Below, in pieces: positions 10,618 to 19,034 of a stretch of DNA of 64,000 nucleotides. Made by a program: the position numbers and the translations under genes. The notes under the pieces are model-generated. The model did no database searches. It worked only from the letters and a program-made list of their open reading frames with translations, and was not told the DNA's origin. Location: the NCBI GenBank assembly GCA_037133015.1, contig JBAXOX010000010.1:11210-75209 (forward strand), written 5' to 3'. Numbering within the stretch: position 1 is the first letter of the stretch; every line of letters begins with the position of its first letter. The stretch comes from Acidobacteriota bacterium (lineage in GTDB: Bacteria; Acidobacteriota; Vicinamibacteria; Vicinamibacterales; JAKQTR01).

Positions 10618-11883
10618 TTGGGGGATGACGTGACACCAACCAGCCAAACCGCGAAAGATACGCCCGCCATCGACCGGTTTCCCGTTCGAATCTGGCTCAT
10701 TTCGCTCGCGGGCTGGATGTTCGATTTTTACGATCTGGTCCTGTTCTCGTTCTTGCTCGTCCCGATTGGCCGCGACCTTGGGCTGACCAACGCGGAAGAG
10801 GCCGTCCTGCTCGGCGTGGCCCTCGGCGCGTCAGGCATCGGTGGCATCGTGTTCGGCTACCTGGCCGATCTGTACGGCCGTCGCACGGTGATGAGTTGGA
10901 CGATTGTCGTGTACTCGGCGGGGACGGCCCTCACCGCGTGTTCGACCGGATTCTGGACGGTCCTGATCTTCCGGTTGATTACCGGCTTGGGCGTCGGCGG
11001 CGAGTGGGCGGTGGGTCACGCCCTGCTTGCCGAATCGTCTCCCGGCCGCATGCGCGGACGCGCGTCCGCCATGCTTCAAGCCGGCGAACCGATCGGCGTG
11101 GGCCTGGCCGCGGTCGCCGGATTCATGCTCGCGCCCATGATCGGCTGGCGTGCCGTGCTGCTGGGGTCGTCGGCCACGGTGCTGATCGCGCTGGTCGCAC
11201 GGCGCCACCTGCCAGAGTCGGCGCTATGGAGCACGCAGAAGGACACGCATTTGTCGCCGGTCGCCGCCTTGCGCGCCATCTGGACGCGGCGCCTGGTCTC
11301 GGTGAGCGTGCGCGGCTGGATCCTCGGCGTCTTCAAGCTGGGCACCTACTGGACCTGCTACACGTGGCTGCCCAAGTTCCTCCAGCAGGAATTCCATCAA
11401 CCGATCGCTCGATCCACGATGTGGATGCTCACCGCGCAACTCGGCCAGTTGCTCGGCATGCTCGCCTTCGGCACCCTGGCCGATCGCTACGGACGCCGAG
11501 TGCTGTTTACGGCGTATTCGCTGCTCACCGCGGCCGCGATTTATCCGCTCGCGTTTCATTGGCAGTGGCTGCTGTCGGACCCGCGGCTCTTCTGGACGGC
11601 GCTGTTCTGCCTGGGCCTCGGCTCCGGATGCACGGCGGGGTTTGGCGCCTTGCTGGCCGAGTTGTTCCCCACCGACGTCCGCAATTTCGCGATGGGCGCC
11701 ACCTACAATCTGGCACGGGGCGTACAGTTTTTTGCCCCGATCCTCGTCAATCAGGTGGTGCTGGTGTACGGGCTGGCCGGCGGATTGAGTGTCCCGATGC
11801 TGCTCGCCATCGGCACCGCGATCTGGGTCTGGACGCTGCCCGAAACCCGGGAGCGCGATCTGTCGGCGATCCCGACGCCGTAG
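10618..11883 (+). CDS. MFS transporter
   Basis: Multi-TM profile with a duplicated MFS loop motif (GYLADLYGRRTV and GTLADRYGRRVL). The start is uncertain: TTG 10618 or in-frame GTG 10630. Confidence 0.85.
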   Translation: MGDDVTPTSQTAKDTPAIDRFPVRIWLISLAGWMFDFYDLVLFSFLLVPIGRDLGLTNAEEAVLLGVALGASGIGGIVFGYLADLYGRRTVMSWTIVVYSAGTALTACSTGFWTVLIFRLITGLGVGGEWAVGHALLAESSPGRMRGRASAMLQAGEPIGVGLAAVAGFMLAPMIGWRAVLLGSSATVLIALVARRHLPESALWSTQKDTHLSPVAALRAIWTRRLVSVSVRGWILGVFKLGTYWTCYTWLPKFLQQEFHQPIARSTMWMLTAQLGQLLGMLAFGTLADRYGRRVLFTAYSLLTAAAIYPLAFHWQWLLSDPRLFWTALFCLGLGSGCTAGFGALLAELFPTDVRNFAMGATYNLARGVQFFAPILVNQVVLVYGLAGGLSVPMLLAIGTAIWVWTLPETRERDLSAIPTP

Positions 11884-11904
11884 CCCGTCGCGCGTCCCGC
11901 GTCG

Positions 11905-13425
11905 CTAGGGAGACTTGCGGGCCGCCCGCTGCTGAATGGCGAGCATCACGTGATCCCTGAGCACTTTCAGGTTGTGGACAAACGCCGGCGTCAGCACCGG
12001 CCCGAGCGTCTTGTCGGCGTCGATGTAAAAGAACCCGACGCGGTTCTGGCCGACAGACAGCGGAAGCAGCACGATGATGCGATCAAGCACGCCTCGGCGC
12101 GCCAGCCACATAGGCATCGATTGGACGATGGCCGGCACCCGGGCGTTGCGAATCACCATGTCACGGCCCTGGATGAGCGCCTGGCCGATCAGATCGTCGG
12201 ACCCGGATATCTTCACCTCAGACCAGAGTTTCAGATCGTCGGGATCGTAGCCGAACCCGAACCGGAACCGGGCGACCCCAGCCGACGGGTCCTTCAACAG
12301 GAACAGGACCTTGGTCTGGCCCACGCCAATCGCCCGATAGATCGTCTCAAGCACCGCCCGAAACACGTCGTCGACCGCGCTCTCGCTGATGAGCAGCGCC
12401 GTGACCTCGTGAACACCCTTGCTGAGAATGGTCTCGGGCGAGTCGGGCGGGGGGGGCGCATCCGGCCCCGACTCGGTCCGCGCCGCCCGCGCGCCAACAC
12501 CGTGCTCGGTTAACCCCCACGAAGCCAGGCTTGCCGCCAGCTCCGTTCCGCCCAGTTTCAGATTGAAGGTCGATGCCGACCGCTTGACTTCGGCCACCGT
12601 GCGGGCGATGAGGGCGTCGACTTTCTCGGTCATCTTGATTTGAGGCGCGTACTCGGTCATCAACCTTTCGACCGCGCCCCGTCTGGTGGAGGCGTCGCCC
12701 GGCGTCGCGAGCACGTCGACGATGGCGTTCGAGAGCGTGGCCACGCAACTGAGCCGCTCTTCCGCATTCATCGCGCGGCTCAAGTCGCCGCAGGGAACGA
12801 TGGTCATGCTCTTGCGCAGCACGTCCGGCATCCTCAAGTGGTCGGCGATCTCCAACCCCATCATTTCGAAAGACAAGCCCAGCACCTGCAGGGCCATCCG
12901 ATCGCGTTCGTCGTCTGGAACCGCCTCGATGGCCTTGTAGTCGTCGGGCAGGTAGAACGCCACGAGGATGCGCCCGAGCCGCTGGTAGAGCGTGCTGATG
13001 AACGCCTCCTCGGCGTCCGCCACGCCGGTCTGCTGGGCGATGGTCCGGCCGAGCACCGCGCCGTAGAAGGCCTTGTTCAGGGCCTCGGCCAGGTGGCTGT
13101 TCCCGCCCTGCTTCCGGAAATGCTCGAACAGAATCAGACTGGTCGCCATGGCGCGGACCCGGTCGAATCCCATCAGCAACACCGCACGGGTGATCGTGGT
13201 CACCTCGCCATACTGGCTGTAGGCAAGCGTGTTGACCATCTTCAGCAGCTTTTGCGTGAGACCGAAATCCTGGAGGATCACCTGCGCAAGCACTTCCGAC
13301 GATGTCGATTCCGATGCGGTCATCGAACTGATCACGTCGACCGAGTGCGCCATCGCGGGAAACTCGCCGCTCTTCTGAATCGCCGCAAGCAGGCGGCCGA
13401 CACTGGCTGTGATTTCTGTGGCCAT
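11905..13425 (-). CDS. HDOD domain signalling protein with C-terminal GAF-like domain
   Basis: N-terminal HDOD-type sequence (FPAMAHSVDVISSM...ILQDFGLTQKLLKMVNTLAY...AVLLMGFDRVR) and a C-terminal GAF-like region. I prefer ATG 13425 over the TTG at 13443. Confidence 0.75.
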   Translation of the reverse strand: MATEITASVGRLLAAIQKSGEFPAMAHSVDVISSMTASESTSSEVLAQVILQDFGLTQKLLKMVNTLAYSQYGEVTTITRAVLLMGFDRVRAMATSLILFEHFRKQGGNSHLAEALNKAFYGAVLGRTIAQQTGVADAEEAFISTLYQRLGRILVAFYLPDDYKAIEAVPDDERDRMALQVLGLSFEMMGLEIADHLRMPDVLRKSMTIVPCGDLSRAMNAEERLSCVATLSNAIVDVLATPGDASTRRGAVERLMTEYAPQIKMTEKVDALIARTVAEVKRSASTFNLKLGGTELAASLASWGLTEHGVGARAARTESGPDAPPPPDSPETILSKGVHEVTALLISESAVDDVFRAVLETIYRAIGVGQTKVLFLLKDPSAGVARFRFGFGYDPDDLKLWSEVKISGSDDLIGQALIQGRDMVIRNARVPAIVQSMPMWLARRGVLDRIIVLLPLSVGQNRVGFFYIDADKTLGPVLTPAFVHNLKVLRDHVMLAIQQRAARKSP

Positions 13426-13551
13426 GGAGATACGCAGATACAATCATGCCCGAAGAGCCGTGTCAATTGCGGTGCGCGGCAACAGAACGACGATGGGATG
13501 GACCCGGCGGCCACGGGTGGGACCGCGTAGAATGGATCGCGAGGGTCCCGC

Positions 13552-14430
13552 GTGCACCTCGTCATCACGGATTCCGGTCTCGGCGGCCTCGGCGTGTGCG
13601 CCGCCATCGAACGCCAATGGCGCGGCGCAGCAGAGGCGCGCGCAGCACGCCTCACCTATTTCAACGCCTGGCCGGAGCAGGGGCGCGGTTACAACGCGAT
13701 GCCCGACGATGCCACGCGCTTGGCCGCATTCGACCGCGCGCTTACCCGGATGAGCCGCCTGTGCCCCGATCGGATTGTGATCGCCTGCAATACGCTGTCG
13801 GTGTTGTATAGCCGGACCGCGTTTGCGCGCCAGACGTCGATTCCTGTCCTGGGAATTCTCGAAGCGGGCATCAGCCTGTTTGCCGACGCACTGCTCGCGG
13901 ATGCCGGATCGACGATCGCGCTGTTCGGCACCCGCATCACGATTGAATCAGACGTGCACCGCGACGGCTTGGTGGCACGCGGAATTGCCGCCGATCGAAT
14001 CGTGCCGGTTCCCTGCCACGGGTTGGCAGCCGACATCGAGAGCGACGTGGAGGGTCTGACGGTCGGACGATTGATCGATCAATGCGCGGAGCGTGCGGTC
14101 GGTGTGTTGCCGGCCGAAGGCCCGCTCATGGCTGGGCTGTGCTGCACGCACTATGGCTACGTGGCGAATCGCTTTCGTGCGGCACTCGAACGGCGGGCCG
14201 ATCGCTCGGTCACGATGCTCGATCCGAATGGCTCGCTGGTCCGGTTGGTGATGCGGCAAGCGGCGCAACGGCCGCCCGACTCGCCGGCCGGCACGATTGC
14301 GGTCGACGTGATCTCAAAAGTGCGGATTGACGAGGGTTCGAGGCTGGGCATCGGACGCCTCATCGAGCCGATCTCGGCCGCCACGGCGCGGGCCCTGTAT
14401 TCGTACGCTCACGTGCCGGATCTGTTCTGA
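13552..14430 (+). CDS. Asp/Glu racemase-family protein (MurI-like but atypical)
   Basis: Has the ITDSGLGGL motif and two catalytic-Cys motifs (IACNTLS and CCTHYGY) of the Asp/Glu racemase fold. Uses a GTG start with GAGGG upstream. It lacks the canonical MurI PYG segment. Confidence 0.75.
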   Translation: MHLVITDSGLGGLGVCAAIERQWRGAAEARAARLTYFNAWPEQGRGYNAMPDDATRLAAFDRALTRMSRLCPDRIVIACNTLSVLYSRTAFARQTSIPVLGILEAGISLFADALLADAGSTIALFGTRITIESDVHRDGLVARGIAADRIVPVPCHGLAADIESDVEGLTVGRLIDQCAERAVGVLPAEGPLMAGLCCTHYGYVANRFRAALERRADRSVTMLDPNGSLVRLVMRQAAQRPPDSPAGTIAVDVISKVRIDEGSRLGIGRLIEPISAATARALYSYAHVPDLF

Positions 14431-14456
14431 CCGGCGCGAGTGTCGCATAGAATCGT

Positions 14457-14646
14457 GTCCTGCGCGCTCGCACCTTCGGGGGCCCGGATGCCTTTGCGCC
14501 TTCGCGGAAGTGACGGGCTCGGCGTGCGGGCTGGTCTGGATTGATGCAGCGGTCCTGCGCGCTCGAATGATCAGGGGCGAGGGTGGATTCACGCCTTCGC
14601 GGAAGTGACGGGCTCGGCGTGCGGGCTGGCCTGGATTGATGCGGCG
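14457..14646. repeat. Two tandem 95-bp direct repeat units in the racemase / ATP-grasp intergenic region
   Basis: Unit 1 is 14457-14551 and unit 2 is 14552-14646. The first 14 nt are identical and the last 55 nt match 53/55 (CGCCTTCGCGGAAGTGACGGGCTCGGCGTGCGGGCTGGYCTGGATTGATGC). The central 26 nt are diverged. Overall identity is about 85 percent by hand alignment. Confidence 0.85.
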
Positions 14647-14796
14647 TTGTGACGACGCTGGGTGGCCCGACTGGTCGCGCGGCAGCGGGATGGCGGCGCT
14701 CGTCATGCGGGCGCAGGCCGGCATCCAGAGCGGCGCACGTCTGGCAACCAGATGCGGGTCGTCGGCGAAGGCCGGCGTTCCACGTGGAGAGACAGC

Positions 14797-15777
14797 ATGA
14801 GGGTTCTTCTTCTCACCGGCCCCGGGGGCGACGCGCAGGGGTGGGGCGACAACGCGGTGACGCAGTCGGTCGCCGACGCGATCGTGGCGTCTGGATACGG
14901 GGCGTCGATCGCCTACGTCGAGTCGGAATCGGCGTTTCTGGCGCGGCTGGACAGCCGCGACTACGACATCGTCTGGAGCGCGCTCTACCACATCTCCCCG
15001 AATGACAAGTTCATCGGTCGCAACGAAAGCGGGATGTGGGTGGCCGACGTGCTCGACGCCCGGACGATTCCGTACATCGGATCCAACAGCCAGACGATGA
15101 AGGACATGATCGACAAGTACCACACGCACGTGGCGCTCGCGCGCCGCGGCGTGCCGGTGCCCTCGCATCATCTCTTGCGCAGCGACGCAGACATGTCGGC
15201 GGTGCGGTATCCGGCGTTTGTCAAGCCGATGTGCGAATCGCGATCGGTCGGCATTTCCGACGACAGCGTCGTGGACACCGAGGCGCAACTGCGCCGGCAG
15301 GTCGCCTACATCGAACGCGAATTCGACGAAGCCGCACTGGTCGAAGACTTCATGCCCGGCGACGAATACACCGTGCTCGTGCTTGGCAACGGCAACACCC
15401 GCGAATCTCTGCCTGGGCTGGTCACCGTCGACGCGCAGCACTACGGCCGACACAAGGTCCTGCGGAGCGACTTGCGCGGCGTCGGACTCACGCATATCGA
15501 GCCGCCCGGACTGAGGTCCGACGAAGCCAAGGCCCTCGCCACGCAAGCCGCCAACGCGATGAATTGCCTGGACCACGTCCGCATCGACATCAAGACCGAC
15601 GCGGCCGGCGCCCTTCGCATCATGGAAGTCAACGGCATCCCCGGACTCAAGCCTCACAAAAGCTGGGGGCCGCAACTCTACACGCTCCACCATCACTCAA
15701 CCGGCGGGGAGATGGAAGACTATCGGCGCCTGGTCAAGGCCGTCGTCGATTCGGCGCTGCAGCGATACGGCATGTAG
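14797..15777 (+). CDS. ATP-grasp ligase, D-alanine--D-alanine ligase-like
   Basis: Trimmed to ATG 14797, which has GGAGA upstream. The layout is Ddl-like: IPYIGS, YPAFVKP...S.GIS, LVEDFMPGDEYTVLVLGN, EVNGIPGL. Confidence 0.8.
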   Translation: MRVLLLTGPGGDAQGWGDNAVTQSVADAIVASGYGASIAYVESESAFLARLDSRDYDIVWSALYHISPNDKFIGRNESGMWVADVLDARTIPYIGSNSQTMKDMIDKYHTHVALARRGVPVPSHHLLRSDADMSAVRYPAFVKPMCESRSVGISDDSVVDTEAQLRRQVAYIEREFDEAALVEDFMPGDEYTVLVLGNGNTRESLPGLVTVDAQHYGRHKVLRSDLRGVGLTHIEPPGLRSDEAKALATQAANAMNCLDHVRIDIKTDAAGALRIMEVNGIPGLKPHKSWGPQLYTLHHHSTGGEMEDYRRLVKAVVDSALQRYGM

Positions 15778-15797
15778 CCACAGGGTCGCCCACCCGG

Positions 15798-16970
15798 CTA
15801 CACCGTTCGCGCGAAGTACTCCTCAACCATCCGCGACGCCTCGCGCGGACAGCCCTTCGGTCCGCCTGCCATCGTCGCGGTGAGGTGATCTTTCCACAAT
15901 TCGACGTGCTGCATCGTGGTGAGGCGGTTGCGGAACATGGCCGCCGCTTTCTGCGGTTCGGTCGCCATCCGGCCGAGGATGCCGGAGACTTCTGCCGCGA
16001 AACCGGCCGCGCCGTAATGCGCCAGATACGCGTGCCACGCGCGATCGGGCCCGGTCGGCGTTCGAAACGGCTTCGACAGCCGCGCCATGGTCCGGCCAAA
16101 CGCGGCGTCTTCCTGCCGCTCAAGACGGCGGAGTCCCTGGTCGGTAATGCGGTACGGATGCAGGCCGAGGCCCGCGCATTTCTGGCCGTCGAGCTCAAGC
16201 GATACGAAAAATCCCGTCTTGCGATGGAAGAGTGCCGTGTGCTGATAGAACGCGAAATTCCCCATGCTGTAGACGATCGGCCGGCCCTGTCGATATTCGA
16301 TCCCCTGCGGCACGTGCGGGTGATGGCCAACCACCGCGTCGGCGCCCGCATCGACCAACGCGCGGAACGCCGAGACGATGTAGGGGGGCGGATACGGCAC
16401 GTACTCCAACCCGGCGTGCGCGACGACAATGACGACGCCACCAGCTTTCTTGCAGCGTCGAATCGTGGCCGCCGCACGAGGGATGTCCCACCCGGCGACG
16501 CCAGGTCCGCCCGCCGACGTGGTGAGATCCTCGCCCTCGCTGAGGTTGACCACGTGAAGAGCGAGGCCGGCGCGTCGAACCGTGAGCGGGGCGAAGGCCT
16601 GCGCCTCGGTCAGACCCGCGCCAACCGTCTGGATCCGGTTTCGCGTGAGCACGTCGAGCGTCTCGCGAAGACCGCGCACGCCGTAGTCGAGCACGTGATT
16701 GTTCGCGAGACACGCGACGTCGAACGGCACGGCGGTCAGCCCGCGAACATGGGCCGGTTCGCCCTTGAACACCGCGCCGCTTTTCCAGACCGAGGCGGCG
16801 GCAGTCGTCAAGGCGCACTCGCAGTTGACGATTCGCAGATCGGCATCGCGCAGCACGGGAAGCAGGTCGCCATACAAGGATTCGGGATCGTGACGCACGA
16901 TCGCATCGAACGCCCGAATCGGCGCCCAGTCTGCCGCGACGACGACTCTGACGGTACGATTCCGCTTCAT
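15798..16970 (-). CDS. CapA/PGA_cap family metallophosphatase-fold protein
   Basis: 390-aa ORF with CapA-type motifs (LANNHVLDYG, VVIVVAHAGLEY, AVVGHHPHVPQGIE, YSMGNFAF). Confidence 0.85.
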   Translation of the reverse strand: MKRNRTVRVVVAADWAPIRAFDAIVRHDPESLYGDLLPVLRDADLRIVNCECALTTAAASVWKSGAVFKGEPAHVRGLTAVPFDVACLANNHVLDYGVRGLRETLDVLTRNRIQTVGAGLTEAQAFAPLTVRRAGLALHVVNLSEGEDLTTSAGGPGVAGWDIPRAAATIRRCKKAGGVVIVVAHAGLEYVPYPPPYIVSAFRALVDAGADAVVGHHPHVPQGIEYRQGRPIVYSMGNFAFYQHTALFHRKTGFFVSLELDGQKCAGLGLHPYRITDQGLRRLERQEDAAFGRTMARLSKPFRTPTGPDRAWHAYLAHYGAAGFAAEVSGILGRMATEPQKAAAMFRNRLTTMQHVELWKDHLTATMAGGPKGCPREASRMVEEYFARTV

Positions 16971-17023
16971 CCGCCTGTCCTTGACCCACCCAGTTCCGGT
17001 AGTCGCCTGGTAATTTGGTAATA

Positions 17024-17074
17024 ACTCCGGGAGTGTTTGTGCCAGAACGGGTTTGGCACAAACACTCCCGGAGT
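17024..17074. terminator. Perfect 21-bp-stem hairpin between VWA gene stop and CapA gene start
   Basis: ACTCCGGGAGTGTTTGTGCCA, then a 9-nt loop GAACGGGTT, then TGGCACAAACACTCCCGGAGT. The arms are exact reverse complements and the flanks are A/T-rich (TAATAA / AATTAC). Confidence 0.55.
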
Positions 17075-17096
17075 AATTACAGAGTTGGTGTTCCCG

Positions 17097-19034
17097 CTAC
17101 GGCACAATTCGAAACGCGGTCAGCAACTCGGCTTGCGCGGCCCCGAGGCTCACACGGATGCGAAGAAGATACATGCCCTGCCCCAGACTGCCGACCGGCA
17201 ACTCGAGCCGCGCGCGGCCGTTGACCGCGTCCGGCACCGGGAGCGCCGTCAATTCCCCGCCGTCTCGCGTCAACACGTGCGCCTCGAACTTCGGGGCCTC
17301 GCCGGTTCCCGCCCTGTAGCATGCCACGTCGACCAGCACGCGGTCGGTGTGCCCGAATTGCCTGGCAACCGCCGGCACCGGGTCGCGCGCGGCCCGGACG
17401 GTGCGGAACTCGGTGAGGGAGCGGGTTCGATAGAACTTCGGCGTGGCAAGCGATACCGGGGCGGACGCGAAATCGGGCGCCACCACAGTCTGGGACCAGC
17501 GGTCGGCCACGCTGTTGTCGGCCGTGCGCGCGGTGTAGCGGAATTCGTATTCGCCGGGATCGAGCGCGAACACCTCGACCGGCCGGACGGCTTTCTCTCC
17601 CGCGCCGGCGGTCAGCGTCCGCGCCGGCACAATCACGGCGCCCCCCTTTGGCGACACGACCTCGACGTCGAGTTTCGCAATGGGCAACCGCTTGGCCACA
17701 TCCGGCAGGTCCCACGTCACAGCGGCGCTCGGCCGCCCGTCGTCGCCACGCGAAACGCCCACCCACAATTCGACGGCCCGTCTCCCGGGTTCGGTCGTCT
17801 GCAGCGCTTGTTTCGCGGACAGGACTCCGGGGGGAAGGGTTTTGGCCGCCGCCACAGCCGCCGCTTCCATTTCTTTCGCGCTGGGCGCCCAGTAGCCTTG
17901 CCGCGCCGTCACCCGCGTGCCTGAGCGGCGCACCTTGACGCTGATCTTGTGGTACTTGCCGTCGTCGGTGGCCCGCGTCGGCGTGTACCCGAGTACGTAG
18001 TACGCGCTGGTCTCGCTGAGCACCTGCGCCATGCCAATTTCCGTGGCGTTGGTGTTGACCACCGCCCGACCTCCGGTCTCGGCCGCCAGCTGATACAGCG
18101 ACGCGCGCGAGTCTTCCCGGATCGCCATGCCGAGGCTCTTCGTGTCGACCGGATCGATGGTCACGTTGCCCCGGATCGCCGCGTCAATCACCTCCTGGAT
18201 GTCGTCGTGCAGGTTCGGCTGGCCGAAGCCAAAATTGACGGGCGGGCCCTGGCTCACGAAGATGACCGTCTTGCGCCCTTCGCGCAGGCCGCCCAGTTTC
18301 ACGCACAAACCGGCAAGCGCCGAGAAGGTCACTTGCGCGCGCATCCTGCGCGGATTTTCGGAACGGAGTTGGGCCTCCTCGAGCAGGCTGCGTACGGGAA
18401 AATATTCGCCCTGCCGGCCCTCGAACTTCGCCACGACGTCGATCAGGTCCTGTTTGACACGCGTGAACCGCAGCGCGTCGAGCGGCGTCAACGGATCCAT
18501 GATCGCGACCAGATCGGTGGGCCAGAGCCGGCCAATGAAATCCCTCAGCGCCCGGCGAATCGGCAGCGTGATCGCGGGATGCTTGTCGACGTGGTAATCG
18601 TCGAGAAAGATCACGAAGACGCGAACATCTTCGCGCGCCGCTTCGGCTTCGGCGTGCTCGGGCGATCGGATCGCCAGCGATTCCTCGTCTCCCGGCGGCC
18701 GATTTCCATCGAGCTTCACGAATCGCAGTTGTTCGACTTTCTGGGGCGCGCCGTCTTCCGACACCTCAAAGTCCGACGCCTCCAGGTCGGCGACCGGCTG
18801 GTCGCCTCGACCGAGCACCGTCACATCCACGCGCACCAATTTGACGCCGGCCTTGAACACGGGCGGTTGCTGCGGCGGGGAGGTTTGCGTCTGCGGCGGC
18901 GGGGCGGCTTGTGCCTGCTGCGCCGACACCACGACCGCTGGCGATCGTTGAACACCGGATGGCGCCGCCGTCAGTGCGGCGGCGGCAAGCACGGCGCATG
19001 CCGCCACCATGAAGCGTGCCCGCACGGCGCTCAC
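17097..19034 (-). CDS. VWA domain protein, acidobacterial VWFA-related (TIGR03436-like)
   Basis: Signal peptide and a Q/P-rich linker, then FKAGVKLVRVDVTVLGRGDQPVADLEASDFEVSEDGAPQKVEQLRF typical of this family, followed by a VWA-like core. Its GTG start overlaps the upstream stop (GTGA). Confidence 0.85.
   Translation of the reverse strand: MSAVRARFMVAACAVLAAAALTAAPSGVQRSPAVVVSAQQAQAAPPPQTQTSPPQQPPVFKAGVKLVRVDVTVLGRGDQPVADLEASDFEVSEDGAPQKVEQLRFVKLDGNRPPGDEESLAIRSPEHAEAEAAREDVRVFVIFLDDYHVDKHPAITLPIRRALRDFIGRLWPTDLVAIMDPLTPLDALRFTRVKQDLIDVVAKFEGRQGEYFPVRSLLEEAQLRSENPRRMRAQVTFSALAGLCVKLGGLREGRKTVIFVSQGPPVNFGFGQPNLHDDIQEVIDAAIRGNVTIDPVDTKSLGMAIREDSRASLYQLAAETGGRAVVNTNATEIGMAQVLSETSAYYVLGYTPTRATDDGKYHKISVKVRRSGTRVTARQGYWAPSAKEMEAAAVAAAKTLPPGVLSAKQALQTTEPGRRAVELWVGVSRGDDGRPSAAVTWDLPDVAKRLPIAKLDVEVVSPKGGAVIVPARTLTAGAGEKAVRPVEVFALDPGEYEFRYTARTADNSVADRWSQTVVAPDFASAPVSLATPKFYRTRSLTEFRTVRAARDPVPAVARQFGHTDRVLVDVACYRAGTGEAPKFEAHVLTRDGGELTALPVPDAVNGRARLELPVGSLGQGMYLLRIRVSLGAAQAELLTAFRIVP

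Noticed and set aside
10435-10647. An N-terminal 71-codon extension of the HtrA ORF
   Set aside because: It contains no signal peptide and extends past the start (10618) of the divergently transcribed MFS gene. The internal ATG at 10434 has a GGAGGAG SD and is followed by a signal peptide.
13552-14430. Calling this gene murI (housekeeping glutamate racemase)
   Set aside because: The catalytic Cys motifs fit the fold, but the region that is highly conserved in MurI (…D.ARVPYG…) is replaced. The gene context (ATP-grasp, CapA) is also not that of a cell-wall cluster. I kept it as a racemase-family gene without a symbol.
14314-15696. 460-aa minus-strand ORF
   Set aside because: It is antisense to the Ddl-like ATP-grasp gene and runs through the 95-bp tandem repeats. 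There are no motifs and the composition is artefactual.
15036-17021. 661-aa plus-strand ORF
   Set aside because: It overlaps the ATP-grasp gene out of frame and is antisense to CapA. Its R-rich composition is artefactual.
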